Counted from the first letter of the stretch, positions 1 through 10,648 are shown. The stretch is DNA of 64,000 nucleotides from Alphaproteobacteria bacterium (GCA_964291265.2 OZ219747.1:3936001-4000000); one strand, 5' to 3'. The notes: generated by a model not told the origin, from the sequence alone. Numbers and translations: made by a program.

Positions 1-1
1 T

Positions 2-1423
2 GGTGCGGAGGTCGGCAACATCCTCAAGTTCGAAAAGGACTTTCCAGGAGCCACCGTCGTGCGCCTTGAGCGCAACTACCGCTCGACACCACGCATCCTT
101 GCTGCGGCGTCGAACCTCATTGCCCACAACCGCGCCCGGCTCGGCAAGACCCTGTGGACACCCGAAGGTGACGATGCCGGGGAACCCATCGTCGTCCGCG
201 GCGTGTGGAGTGGCGAGGACGAAGCCCATGCCGTGGGCGTCATGGTCGAGAATCTCCACAGGAAGAATCATCCGCTCAACGAGATGGCGGTTCTGGTGCG
301 GGCCGGCCACCAGACACGGCAGTTCGAGGAGCGCTTCATCACGCTGGGTGTGCCCTACCGCATCATTGGCGGCCTGAGATTCTACGAACGCCGGGAGATC
401 CGCGACGCCCTCGCCTACCTGCGGCTGGTGCGTCAGGACGACGACGACCTCGCATTCCAGAGGATCATAAATCTCCCCAAGCGCGGCCTCGGCGAGAAGT
501 CCCTGCTTCCTCTCCGTGACCATGCCCGCGAAACCCGCACCAGCCTGCTCGGCGCCGCGCGCCACGTCGTCAACTCCACGACTCTGCCACCGGCGCGGCG
601 ACGCACCCTGCGCCTCTTCGTCGAGAGCATCGACCGCTGGCGCGCCGAAGCCAGCCGCGCGGCCCCGGCTGAGACAGCCAAGATCATCCTCGATGAATCG
701 GGCTACACGGAGATGTGGCAGAAGGACAAGTCCATCCAGGCTCCGGCGAGACTCGAGAACCTTACGGAACTCGTTGTCGCGCTGGCCGATTTCGAGAACC
801 TCGAGGACTTCCTGGACCACGTGAGCCTGGTCACGGACGGGGATGCCGCCTTCGACGGCGACATGATCAGCATCATGACGCTCCACGCGGCCAAGGGCCT
901 CGAATTCGACACCGTCATCCTCCCTGGCTGGGAAGAAGACATCTTTCCCCACAAACGGGCCCTCGAGGAAAGCGGCAACAAGGGGCTCGAGGAGGAACGC
1001 CGGCTTGCCTACGTCGCTCTCACCCGGGCCCGCCATCGCATTGCCATCTTCCATGCGGCCACCCGGCGGATATACAGGCACACCATGTCCAACCTTCCCT
1101 CACGCTTCCTTGCCGAACTTCCGGGCGAACATGTCCATGTGGACGAGTCCCCCCTCGTCGGCTACCGTCACCAGTCGGAGTTCGGGCACGTCGTCACCGA
1201 CAGCAACTTCTCGCGCACCCTCACCAAACGCCAGCAGCAGTTCCCTTCCCAGGGCGTCCCCTCAACACCCGGCGCCAGCGCTCCGCCACAACCCAACACC
1301 CGCATCTTCCATCAGAAATTCGGATATGGCCGGGTCCTCAGGACCGACGGCGAGAAGCTCGATGTCGATTTCGACAAGGCCGGCCGCAAGAAGATCATGG
1401 CAGCCTTCGTCACGCCGGCATGA
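2..1423 (+). CDS. uvrD: UvrD/PcrA superfamily 1 DNA helicase, 5' truncated by window edge
   Basis: Frame open from base 2 (GAEVGNILKFEKDFPGATVVRLERNYRS); SF1 motifs LERNYRS, MTLHAAKGLEF, EEERRLAYVALTRA; C-terminal HQKFGYG Tudor-like tail. Confidence 0.93.
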   Translation, partial: GAEVGNILKFEKDFPGATVVRLERNYRSTPRILAAASNLIAHNRARLGKTLWTPEGDDAGEPIVVRGVWSGEDEAHAVGVMVENLHRKNHPLNEMAVLVRAGHQTRQFEERFITLGVPYRIIGGLRFYERREIRDALAYLRLVRQDDDDLAFQRIINLPKRGLGEKSLLPLRDHARETRTSLLGAARHVVNSTTLPPARRRTLRLFVESIDRWRAEASRAAPAETAKIILDESGYTEMWQKDKSIQAPARLENLTELVVALADFENLEDFLDHVSLVTDGDAAFDGDMISIMTLHAAKGLEFDTVILPGWEEDIFPHKRALEESGNKGLEEERRLAYVALTRARHRIAIFHAATRRIYRHTMSNLPSRFLAELPGEHVHVDESPLVGYRHQSEFGHVVTDSNFSRTLTKRQQQFPSQGVPSTPGASAPPQPNTRIFHQKFGYGRVLRTDGEKLDVDFDKAGRKKIMAAFVTPA

Positions 1424-2211
1424 CCTGGCAGCTCGAGGCGGAAGACGAGCGGGCACACGACCTCCTCGACGAGTTCGAGCCCCTGTCCCTTTCCCTCTTC
1501 GGCACTCACGTCCAGGCCCTCTTCGCCAGCCGCGAGGAGGCCAGACGCGCACACCGACACCTCGAGGCACGCCTCGGCCTCACACCGTCCCTTCATGAAC
1601 TACCGGCAAGGGACTGGGTCGCGGAGAATGCCCGCTCCTTTGAGCCCCTTGTCATCGGGCCCTTCACCATCGTCCATGACGACCTCCCGGCGAATTCCTG
1701 TACGCGCCTCATCCGCATGAAGGCCGGGGCCGGTTTCGGGACCGGCGAGCACCCGAGCACCGCCGGCTGCATCCAGGCCCTCTCCGCTCTCGATACTGCG
1801 CCCCGCACCGTCCTCGACATGGGATGCGGGTCGGCCATTCTCTCGATCGCTGCCGCCCTCCTTTGGGACTGCGACGTCATCGCCGTGGACAACGATCCCC
1901 TCGCCCTTTCCTTTGCTCAACGCCAGATCTCTGAGAACGGCCTCGCCCATCGTATCCACCTCGTCTGCGCACACGCCTTCAGCGCCTTCTCGAGGGCGCC
2001 CTTCGACCTCCTCGTCGCCAACATCCTGGCACGCCCCCTCATCGACATGGCTCCCGCCATCCACGCTACCAACATCATCCTCTCTGGATTCCTCGAAGAC
2101 CAGTCCGCCTCCGTTCTCGACGCCTTCCGCCAGGCGGGCCATGCGCCACGCGCCACCACTTCCGTCGACGGCTGGACCACGTTCACTCTCACGGCCGATC
2201 ACTCGTGGTAG
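1420..2211 (+). CDS. prmA: Ribosomal protein L11 methyltransferase
   Basis: ATG at 1420 overlaps uvrD stop (ATGA); motifs GFGTGEHPST, VLDMGCGSAILS, FDLLVANILA. Confidence 0.9.
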   Translation: MTWQLEAEDERAHDLLDEFEPLSLSLFGTHVQALFASREEARRAHRHLEARLGLTPSLHELPARDWVAENARSFEPLVIGPFTIVHDDLPANSCTRLIRMKAGAGFGTGEHPSTAGCIQALSALDTAPRTVLDMGCGSAILSIAAALLWDCDVIAVDNDPLALSFAQRQISENGLAHRIHLVCAHAFSAFSRAPFDLLVANILARPLIDMAPAIHATNIILSGFLEDQSASVLDAFRQAGHAPRATTSVDGWTTFTLTADHSW

Positions 2212-2683
2212 ACCTCGCATCTTTCCACGGCGACCGGGAGGACCCACCCCGGCTTGATGGTTCGAATGTCGGAAGAAGCAGTGCTGATGATGAATGACAG
2301 GGAGTCGACACTGACAGAATGCTGCGGCGACCGGCCAGGCACCACAGGATGTTCCCATCGGATCTGTTCACGAAAAGACACTCGTTCACAATCAATGAAC
2401 AGGTTCCGGTATAGAGAGACGGAATCTGACATTGCCGAAACGGGCAGAGGCCCTGTGACGTACCTTTGTCTCGGCAGTGTCAGCAAGTGCAGGCTACGCT
2501 CCCGCGATACAGGATTTTGGTCGCGGCGGGGTCGATGTTCAGGGGGTCCAGTGGTGCGATACGCCCGAGCCTGGTCATCAACTCAAGACGACTGCGCCGC
2601 CAGGCAGGGGCAGGAGCCATGAGGGTGTCGCCTTCGCTCGCTCGCAGGTCACGCCGATGACCGTGCTGGTGCTTCAAGCGACC

Positions 2684-2990
2684 GTTAGCGCTGCTGTCGC
2701 AGCAAGGTGTTCACCAGCACGATGAGCTTGCGTGTCACGGGGACAATCGCGACCTTGTGGGGCCTTGCCGACGGTCTTGAGGCGTTCGAACACGCTTGCC
2801 AGGTCGGCGTTGAAGCGCGCCGCCACGACCATGAACGGGAGATCGCACGGCCTTGTTGCGTCCGCCACGGATACGCCGGGCACCGTGGTGCTGGCCGCTG
2901 TCGGCGGCCATCGGCGCCAACCCGATCGAGACTGCCGAGTTCGGGAATCCGGCAAGGAAGGAGTGCGTCGGCCTGAAGGAGCGATGGAGC
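2684..2990 (-). pseudogene. IS110-family transposase C-terminal remnant, frameshifted
   Basis: Fragments in several frames: GLAPMAADSGQHHGARRIRGGR, AARFNADLASVFERLKTVGK, KVAIVPVTRKLIVLVNTLLRQQR*. Confidence 0.7.
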
Positions 2991-3201
2991 AACGTTGCAG
3001 GCCTGACGTTGAGCGGGTCAAGGAGCGGTCCTCCCTTCCGAAACGAGACCCGCACTGCGGTACAGGCTTTCATGTTTCGGGACAGCCGTGAATGACGTAC
3101 TGTCACCGTTCCCGACGAATTCGGGCATGTCGGACCCATATCGCCCGAACCGAAATGCAACGCGGGAGCACCTTGGAAAGGGGCGACCGCAGGGGGATTC
3201 C

Positions 3202-3975
3202 ATGGCCGAAACCCGCAGAACGAAGAGCCTCGCCATCCTGATCGATGCGGACAACACCAGCGCGAAACACGCCCAACCGATCTTCGACGAGATCGTCAAA
3301 CTGGGCGAGGCCAACGTGCGCCGCATCTACGGCGACTTCTCGGCGGGCCGCCTTTCCGGCTGGGACGGGGCGATCAAGTCCCTGGCAATCCTGCAGCATC
3401 AGCAGCGCAGCAACTCGAAGGGCAAGAATGCGTCCGACATAGCGCTGGTGATCGATGCCATGGATCTCATGTACAAGCGCACCCTCGACGGAGTCGTGCT
3501 GGTGAGTTCGGACAGCGACTTCACGCGACTTGCCCAGCGTCTGCGCGAGGAAGGCCTTGAAGTGTATGGCTTCGGCGAGCGCAAGGCAGTCGAGGCCTTC
3601 CGCAACGCCTGCAACCGCTTCATCTATGTCGAGAACCTTCTGGATGCCGAACCGGAAGAGAAGAAGGTTGGAGCGACACCGGCCAAGACCGCGGCACAGA
3701 AAAAGGATCCTCCGAGCAAGGCCAGAAAGATCATAGTGGACGCGATCGGAGAACCGGATGCCGACGGATGGGAGAATCTGTCCAGCGTCGGGAGTCGCAT
3801 TCAGGGCGCGCATCCCGACTTCGACCCGCGCAGTTACGGATGCGCCAATCTGAGCACGCTGGTAGAAAAGTCGGGCCAGTTCGACATTAGAAAAGACCAG
3901 GGCACCGTCCATGTCCGTCAAAAACAAGATACCGCGCGAAAACGTTCGAGCACCGGGAGGACATCAGCGGCCTGA
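3202..3975 (+). CDS. NYN-domain (PIN-like) protein with C-terminal OST-HTH/LOTUS domain
   Basis: LIDADN, RRIYGDF, KNASDIALVIDAMD, LVSSDSDF; C-terminal FDPRSYGCANLSTLV. Confidence 0.88.
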   Translation: MAETRRTKSLAILIDADNTSAKHAQPIFDEIVKLGEANVRRIYGDFSAGRLSGWDGAIKSLAILQHQQRSNSKGKNASDIALVIDAMDLMYKRTLDGVVLVSSDSDFTRLAQRLREEGLEVYGFGERKAVEAFRNACNRFIYVENLLDAEPEEKKVGATPAKTAAQKKDPPSKARKIIVDAIGEPDADGWENLSSVGSRIQGAHPDFDPRSYGCANLSTLVEKSGQFDIRKDQGTVHVRQKQDTARKRSSTGRTSAA

Positions 3976-3990
3976 TCTCGGCTGGGTTCT

Positions 3991-4440
3991 CCAAGAGTCT
4001 GTTTGGTGACGGCCGGAGTGCCGTCGCCAAGCAGGTTTGGACGAAGGCCGCGCCGTCACGGTGTCACCATGCAGAATGTGTGAAGGAGGTGTTGGTCAAG
4101 GACGCGCGAGGAGTCATGATGTTCGGCCGACGACGAAGGCTGCCGGGCCTGCGGTGCGCGGGCGGTCGCCCCTGGCCAGAGGGGCACGTTCTCCCCTCCT
4201 TCCGCACCGAAGTCACGTCATGAGCACCAGGCAGCCCTCCTCGATGTGCAGAAACTGCGCGATCCTCTCCTGGCGCTCCAGGAGCCAGTCCATGGCGCCA
4301 TGGAGCGCGTCCTCGCTGAGCCCCGCATCAAGGACCCCGCCCAAGGTTCTCACCGCCGCCGCCTCGGCCAGTCCTCATGCCGTGGCGAGTTCGAGGCGGG
4401 CTCCATGAGCCTCGCGGTTATCATGGCCAGCACCTGATCG
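3991..4440 (-). mobile_element. IS1634-family transposase remnant plus probable element end
   Basis: Minus-strand fragments VLAMITARLMEPAS, EDALHGAMDWLLERQERI, DVTSVRKEGRTCP; 3991-4095 is homologous to 12203-12307 in inverted orientation. Confidence 0.65.
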
Positions 4441-4909
4441 CGCCTTGTCGAGGGCTTCGGGCCGATCAGCTTCATGGGGCGGCATGGCACCGGTTTGCGC
4501 ACTCAAGGAGCACAGGCGATCAAGGGCCGAGGACATCGCGACGCTGATCGATCCGTCGCAGGAAAAGCGGAGAAGCGATGGCTGAACACCACCTGCGCGA
4601 GACGAAAATGGCCAGGCCCCTGACGCCTCGGCCGTGCGGAAATTCTCGTTGCTGACCCCCGACGACGACAGTTTCGATGACAACTGCGACGCCGCAGAGG
4701 ACTGCTCGTCTGACGGCTGAGCCACCATACCCTACCTCTCCCCGAGAGTCTCCACGCTTGTCGGTCGACAGCCAAGGATGGCGTCATGTACCCCCGCTTT
4801 GTCGAACACCTGATCCGCCAGGCCTGGCGAACATCAAGATCGGTTCTGATCTGTGGCTCCCGGCGATCGGCGAAGCTCGCAAAGCAATCTCCGGTTCGCA
4901 GGCGATACC

Positions 4910-6994
4910 TCAACCTGTCTGATCCAGTCCGAACAGGCCCATGAGCTCGTCACGGTTGAGACGTGTCGACAGATTGAGCGACACGTCATCGATCAGATCG
5001 TCGAACAAGGCCTGCTTTTGCTGAAGGATGGTGTCGATGCGCTCCTCGATTGTGTCTTCGCAGGTGTACTTGATCACATTGACCTTGACGGTCTGGCCCA
5101 TGCGGTGACTCCGGTCCTCGGCCTGCCGCTCCACGGCGGGATTCCACCATCGGTCGAGATGAAACACGTAGGACGCTTCCTGAAGGTTGAGACCAACACC
5201 CCCGGCACGCAACGAAATGATCAGGGCCTTGTGCCGCTCGCTCTCCTTGAACTTCTCGATGAGATCCATGCGTTCGGCAGGGGGCACCGCGCCGGTCAGG
5301 CACAGCGGATGAAACTCCCGCAGGTGATGTGCCGCGGCCGCGACGCCCGATGTGTTCCCGGTGTACTGCGAAAAGATCAGCGCCTTGTGCCCCTGCGCGG
5401 TCAGCTTGCCGAGCCTGTCATGGATGTCGTCGAGCTTGCTGGATGCTCCCGTTCTGGGATCGACATTGCAGATTTGCTTGAGACGCGTGATCAGCTCCAG
5501 AACATGATGGATCGTCGCCTCCCTGCCCAGCGACCTCAGATAGACAACACCGTCATGCTCGGCCTGATCGTAGCTCTTTCTCTGCTGTGGTTCGAGCGGG
5601 ATCCTGAGTTTGATCTCCAGCTTGGGAGGCAGGTCAACAAGCACATCGGCCTTCCGCCGCCGAAGCTGAAGTTCGCGGTGACGCTTCAACAACGAGGCGT
5701 CGGGACACAGGCGAACATCAACGTCGTCGGCGTCGTGATCGACAAACTCCATGATCGACGCCAGTTCATCGATGTTGTTCTCGATCGGAGTACCCGTCAG
5801 TGCCCATGAACGCGCTCTCGGCAGGTCTTTCGCCGCAGCGCTCGTCGGGTTGCGATTCTTGATCTTCTGCGCTTCGTCGAGAACGACCACGTCCCACGTC
5901 CTGCGTACCGGTCCCAGGTTGCGAAGGACATCGGCATCCATGCGCAGCACATCATAACTCACGAGAAGCACATCCTTGCGCGCTCGCCACTGCCATATGC
6001 GGTTGTCGGCCGAGCCGCGTATGATCATGGCGCTGATATCCGGCGCCCAACGTTCGATTTCCCGGCGCCATTGATCCAGAACACCGGCAGGGGCAACCAC
6101 GAGAGCCGATCTCAAGTCACCCTTCGCCTTGAGTATTCTCAAGGCGGCAATGGTCTGGACGGTCTTTCCAAGACCCATGTCATCCGACAACAGCAGCCTG
6201 TCCATCGTGACAAGCGTCTCGACACCCTGACGCTGGAAGGGCATCAGTTCACCCGACCATTTCAGACCGCCTTCCGGAAGGGCAACGGGGGCTGACCGGA
6301 CCCTTCGGGCGAGAACCATCCACAGTCGTTCGGCCAGACCGCGCACGGGCTCGTCCGCTTCTGGCGAGCCCGGCACAGATGAAGAAGACAATCCCCGCTG
6401 GCGCGACATCTCTCTCCACTTGTCGATGGCGCGGGGCGTGAGCGACATCAGCGCCACCACGCCCTGGATGTCGTTGGCAGTGCGGATCCGGGAGTCAGCG
6501 TAGGCCTCCAGAAGAGCCATCGTCACTCTCTCCAAGGGTTCGAACGGCTCGTCCGCATCCACGATATCGTCGATGAGTGAACCGGGAAGAGAAGGTGTTG
6601 CCGGTGGATCCGTCACCCACTGCAACCACTCTTGGGCGCCGGTGGCTCGGGGCTCCGGCGAGCGTCCCGAAGGAGGCATGATGAAGCAACAGGGTATGCC
6701 GAGGTTGAGGCTCCCGAGAAAGAATGGCGGTTCATCTTCCGAGGAGACAATGAGCAATGCGGGAGTAGTCGTGGTGGCCTCGAAGAGAGCACGACTCAAG
6801 GATACGAGGGCGTCGTTCCAGTCATCGTCCTGGTACGCCATTCGGACAAAACCGAACCCTAGTGGTTCACCTTGCGGCGAGGCTTCGAACAGTCCTGCAA
6901 GAACTCCGTCACCCGCCGGGTCGACGATGATCTGCAACCAGGCAATGGACGATGGATGGTTGTCCGGAACCGTGTTGCGAAAGGGAATGGGCAC
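4910..6994 (-). CDS. SNF2-family helicase/ATPase with uncharacterised N-terminal region
   Basis: LSDDMGLGKT, VVLDEAQKIKN, LTGTPIEN, GGVGLNLQEA, DRWWNPAVERQAEDRSHRMGQ; GTG 6994 chosen as start to avoid overlap with the upstream gene (uncertain). Confidence 0.9.
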   Translation of the reverse strand: MPIPFRNTVPDNHPSSIAWLQIIVDPAGDGVLAGLFEASPQGEPLGFGFVRMAYQDDDWNDALVSLSRALFEATTTTPALLIVSSEDEPPFFLGSLNLGIPCCFIMPPSGRSPEPRATGAQEWLQWVTDPPATPSLPGSLIDDIVDADEPFEPLERVTMALLEAYADSRIRTANDIQGVVALMSLTPRAIDKWREMSRQRGLSSSSVPGSPEADEPVRGLAERLWMVLARRVRSAPVALPEGGLKWSGELMPFQRQGVETLVTMDRLLLSDDMGLGKTVQTIAALRILKAKGDLRSALVVAPAGVLDQWRREIERWAPDISAMIIRGSADNRIWQWRARKDVLLVSYDVLRMDADVLRNLGPVRRTWDVVVLDEAQKIKNRNPTSAAAKDLPRARSWALTGTPIENNIDELASIMEFVDHDADDVDVRLCPDASLLKRHRELQLRRRKADVLVDLPPKLEIKLRIPLEPQQRKSYDQAEHDGVVYLRSLGREATIHHVLELITRLKQICNVDPRTGASSKLDDIHDRLGKLTAQGHKALIFSQYTGNTSGVAAAAHHLREFHPLCLTGAVPPAERMDLIEKFKESERHKALIISLRAGGVGLNLQEASYVFHLDRWWNPAVERQAEDRSHRMGQTVKVNVIKYTCEDTIEERIDTILQQKQALFDDLIDDVSLNLSTRLNRDELMGLFGLDQTG

Positions 6995-7029
6995 GGCGGC
7001 TTCTGTACGAATTCTGCCTTCGGAAAAAT

Positions 7030-8295
7030 CTACACCGACCCGTCTCCGGGGTCGTGTTCCACGGTGGTGTCCTCGCCATAGGAAGTGCTGTGCGCCAGGA
7101 ATTCCGTGTCGGGAAGGTCTGCGATATGCAGACGCCTCAGATCCCATTCATTGATTGCGGCGCGGACCTTGTAGCGCATGCGTCCCATGAACCCGGCACC
7201 CCCTGCTGTTGTCTGCGATGGCGGTGGCTCCCAGCCATAAGCCCGCTGGTAGAGGTGGCGCAGGGATTCCATGGTCGCCTTCACATAGTCGTTGTCCGGA
7301 ACAGCGAGTGCCACGCACTCGCGCTCAAGCAGACGCATACCTGTTTCTGCGCGACTCGAGATGTCACGGTAACGTACATTCTGCTCCAACCTTGGAGGCA
7401 CATAGTCCCTGTCCTTGCGCTGCCCGTCCGGACTGATGATGGCGGAGGCAAAGTCCGACGTGACGGCTCCCACCACGACAAGGCCAGGGTAGATCTCTCC
7501 ACGGGCGCGGCCCATCCAGCGGGCCATCTCGGCATAAGCCCGGCCACGCTGCAAGATCGAGTACGACCCGATCAGTTCAAGCTCGTCGAGCAACACCACC
7601 CATCCATTGTAACCGGCGCACTTGATCAACTCCACCATGAACCGCAGTCGCTGGGGCATCAGGGCAGCCGCCCCTGGCGCACGCAAGCTGTAGCTACCCT
7701 GTTCACCAACCTCTCGCAGCCCGCGCTTGACCTTGCCAATCACAATTCGTTCCCCTGCCCAGAATGACTCGATATCTGCGCGCAGAGCGTTGTCTTCAAG
7801 TTTCTCGTACACGCTCAGGCTTGCCGGAAGGAGAGGGCTCAGGACACCACGGGACGCTTCCTGATCGGCCCACCCGGAAAAATCACCGTATTCACTGGAC
7901 TTCCAGTCGATCGCATGACAGAGCTTTTCGATGAAACGGCCCCTGCCGTCCGGTGTCCGGCCGTTTTCCATGGCAGACGTGAACACCTTCCCGAGATCAT
8001 AGAACGGCGTTTCCTTGCTGATCGACACCTTGCTGCACACAAATCCCCGAGATAGTGCGAGGTGTTCCAGATGCTCCAGAAGGTGCGATTTCCCGGTTCC
8101 GAAATCCCCGGAAACAAGCATGCCGCCGGATACTTCCGCCTGGTTCTCTGTCGCCTGCAGCAACTCCAGAAATCGATTCTCGACAGCCGGCTGACTGCAG
8201 CCCAGCTCCCGAACCGCAGCCCTGTTGGGAACACCGTTGCGCAGGGCTTCCACCGCCATCCGGGCATCAAGAGTACCGCTTCCATCGATCGCCAT
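7030..8295 (-). CDS. DUF2791 / BrxD-like P-loop ATPase, intact motifs
   Basis: N-terminal VEALRNGVP, Walker A GDFGTGKS, Walker B VVLLDELE, VVGAVT; GAGAGGG RBS before ATG 8295. Confidence 0.8.
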   Translation of the reverse strand: MAIDGSGTLDARMAVEALRNGVPNRAAVRELGCSQPAVENRFLELLQATENQAEVSGGMLVSGDFGTGKSHLLEHLEHLALSRGFVCSKVSISKETPFYDLGKVFTSAMENGRTPDGRGRFIEKLCHAIDWKSSEYGDFSGWADQEASRGVLSPLLPASLSVYEKLEDNALRADIESFWAGERIVIGKVKRGLREVGEQGSYSLRAPGAAALMPQRLRFMVELIKCAGYNGWVVLLDELELIGSYSILQRGRAYAEMARWMGRARGEIYPGLVVVGAVTSDFASAIISPDGQRKDRDYVPPRLEQNVRYRDISSRAETGMRLLERECVALAVPDNDYVKATMESLRHLYQRAYGWEPPPSQTTAGGAGFMGRMRYKVRAAINEWDLRRLHIADLPDTEFLAHSTSYGEDTTVEHDPGDGSV

Positions 8296-8309
8296 GACAG
8301 ATGTCCCTC

Positions 8310-9260
8310 TCAGGAAAGCCTGACTAGGGCGGCGACCGGGTTGACGACATTGCGGTCGCGAACATCGTCCATCACCCGGGTGCGCAGGGCGCTGTAGATG
8401 CCCCAACCCCTCTGGGCATTCTCGTCCACGAACGTCTCGTCCGTCACCACAGCCAGCAAGCACGCCTGCAACCGGTCAGTGTTGTCGATGAACTCCCGCA
8501 GCACTTCGTAGTGATCGACGGTCATCGCCCTGGTGTAGTAGCGCAGACCGTCACGCGGATTGCGCGCCACCAACACCCGGGCGTTGTCGAGAAGAATGAC
8601 CGTTCCGGCGTGGCCGGCAAGGCGGATCCAGTAGAGTGCCGACTCGATGAAGTAGCGGGCGGTGGTCCGGTTGATGGGCGTGTACACTTCGAAGTGCCGG
8701 ACATTCCCGATGCGGGTGTTGGTCCCGGTCAACCAGTCGATGAGTGGTTGCCCTTCATCCCCGCTTCGATTTCGGGTCATCACGCACAGATGGTTCATCG
8801 CAACACGGAAGGCCCGGACCATGTCCGGGTTCCGCTGGACCCTGTCATGGAGAACGGGCCGCAGTTCTGTCAGGACATCCGACGGCTCAAGACCACTCGA
8901 CTCGGCAACGCCACCGACAACATCCAGAACATGCCGAGGGTCAATGCCGTCGACACGAAAGCCCCTTTCGCGCAGGATTCCCAAGGTAACGCGACGCGCC
9001 AAAAGAGGCCAGTCGAGTTGCGACGCGACGGCGAAGAAGATGTCCTGAGGCATGTGGACCCGGCAGCTCGCTGCATCAACCTTGACGAACACGTGCCCGC
9101 GTTCACCACAGCGCTCGCCAAGAGCCGTCGCAAGGGCCGGCCTTCGATCCTCTCGGGCGATGGCAACCTTGACAGCCGCGCCTCCTTCGCCGATCAAAGA
9201 TGACAGGTATTCGCGATCGATGACGTCGAGCCACTCATCGATCGTGATCGTGTCCGTCAT
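8310..9260 (-). CDS. DUF2791 / BrxD-like paralog with degenerate ATPase motifs
   Basis: EWLDVIDREYL..GGAAVK start with no GxxGxGK; Walker B-like VILLDN; YEVLREFIDNTD and GIYSALRTRV typical of the family. Confidence 0.7.
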   Translation of the reverse strand: MTDTITIDEWLDVIDREYLSSLIGEGGAAVKVAIAREDRRPALATALGERCGERGHVFVKVDAASCRVHMPQDIFFAVASQLDWPLLARRVTLGILRERGFRVDGIDPRHVLDVVGGVAESSGLEPSDVLTELRPVLHDRVQRNPDMVRAFRVAMNHLCVMTRNRSGDEGQPLIDWLTGTNTRIGNVRHFEVYTPINRTTARYFIESALYWIRLAGHAGTVILLDNARVLVARNPRDGLRYYTRAMTVDHYEVLREFIDNTDRLQACLLAVVTDETFVDENAQRGWGIYSALRTRVMDDVRDRNVVNPVAALVRLS

Positions 9261-10051
9261 CGTCGCGCCCCGGTGAAGCTGATGCCGTAGTATTCGGCAC
9301 TGTCTCCCTCGGGCCCGACAAACGTGAAGACATCCGACGAACGTCGGCGTGTTCCCGTTGACGACGGAAAGGACACCTCGGCGCCCTTCCTGGTCCGATG
9401 GGGGCCTTCAGACTGGAGGATGTAGAGGTCCCGCGCAAAGTCACTGCGGCCATATTCACGCGCCGCTCCCGGCAACGCCGTCATCAGTCTGTACAGTCTC
9501 ATCAAGGGCACCACGTGTGGGCTCAACAGGTCACGGGGTTCATCGCTCGTGACATCGCGATAGACGTTGTACAGCGACTCGAGAAACCGCGCCGACTGGA
9601 AGCTGGCCGTCTTCTGCTGTTCCTTCAGAAGGTGCTCCACCAGAAAGGACGGCCGTACCGTCGACACCTTCTTCCTGTCCACCCTGACGGCCCGCTCCGA
9701 AGCCAGCACCCGAAGGATCGATGGATAGCACATGAACAGACCATCGCGTTCATGGAGTTTCAGGCCGCCCTTCACGGCAGCTACCCTGAATTCCTCGGCA
9801 AACCGCTTCTCGAAGTACTCCCGTTCTTCCTCCTCTCCATACACCCAGCTCTCGCAGGCATCCGCAGCCCTATCCGCCAACTCCGCCACCGCATCATCAA
9901 GGTTGCTCCCGGCTCGCCTGACACCGGCGATGTTCCCTGTCTGCGCGGCCTTCACCAGGGCCCGAACCTGCGACAGCACCCCCTTGGCAGCCTTCTCCGC
10001 CACCCCGGCAGCCTCTTCCGTCTCGCGCAACGCCTCTTCCAGACTCTCCAC
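9257..10051 (-). CDS. Hypothetical protein, first gene of the ATPase/SNF2 operon
   Basis: 264 aa, helical N-terminus, C-terminal FLESLYNVY...EYGRSDFARDLY; ATGA coupling to the next gene. Confidence 0.75.
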   Translation of the reverse strand: MESLEEALRETEEAAGVAEKAAKGVLSQVRALVKAAQTGNIAGVRRAGSNLDDAVAELADRAADACESWVYGEEEEREYFEKRFAEEFRVAAVKGGLKLHERDGLFMCYPSILRVLASERAVRVDRKKVSTVRPSFLVEHLLKEQQKTASFQSARFLESLYNVYRDVTSDEPRDLLSPHVVPLMRLYRLMTALPGAAREYGRSDFARDLYILQSEGPHRTRKGAEVSFPSSTGTRRRSSDVFTFVGPEGDSAEYYGISFTGARR

Positions 10052-10246
10052 GTCACAATCACCCCTTTGCCGCCCCCGGAGACTACAGCGACCGCCCCGG
10101 CCTACGCAACACCGACCACAGTTCGGGGTGTACGTCGGGATTGTGAGATTTGAACAAAGCGTGCGGTCTGCGGTCGTTTTTGGGTATTGTTCTGACAGTG
10201 TATTAGGCTTTCAGAATGGAGGCCCCGATGACACTGCCCCCCCGAA

Positions 10247-10648
10247 TTGTCCGAGCTCAACCTCAGGCGCCGCGACATCCAGAACCAGCTTGCCGACCTT
10301 GGCGACCTGCGCCCCGGCTCGCTGACGCCGCGTTTCCGCAAGTGCGGCAAGCCCACCTGCCACTGTGCCGCCCAGGGAGACCCCGGTCACGGACCGAGCT
10401 GGTCGTTGACCTGGTCTGTCGAGGGCAAGACCCAAACCCGGATCATCCCCGCCGAGGCGGTCGAGGAAACCCAGGCGCAGATGGCCGAGTATCAGCGCGC
10501 CCGTGCTCTTATGCGTGAACTGTTCGAGGTCAGCACCCGGATGTGCGACGCGCAACTCGACGCCATCAAGACGATTCCAAAAAACACTTCGTCGCGGCGC
10601 TCGAACCGGAAGTCCGCCACGAGATCGTCAGCGAAGCGGCGAGCCTGA
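10247..10648 (+). CDS. ISKra4 accessory ORF (DUF6788-like)
   Basis: GSL..RFRKCGKPTCHC..GHGP motif; start uncertain; A6C slippery run near 10579 at the junction with the transposase frame. Confidence 0.7.
   Translation: MSELNLRRRDIQNQLADLGDLRPGSLTPRFRKCGKPTCHCAAQGDPGHGPSWSLTWSVEGKTQTRIIPAEAVEETQAQMAEYQRARALMRELFEVSTRMCDAQLDAIKTIPKNTSSRRSNRKSATRSSAKRRA

Noticed and set aside
2212-2480. tRNA or att site at the island boundary after prmA
   Set aside because: No cloverleaf, integrase or matching direct repeat was found by eye
2480-2683. Bridge/seek RNA or inverted N-terminal IS110 fragment next to the IS110 remnant
   Set aside because: Only weak GVDV and VLQAT similarity, with no structure or ends I can support
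7030-9260. Calling the locus a BREX system
   Set aside because: No pglZ, pglX or brxC/pglY is recognisable in the window; only BrxD-like ATPases are present
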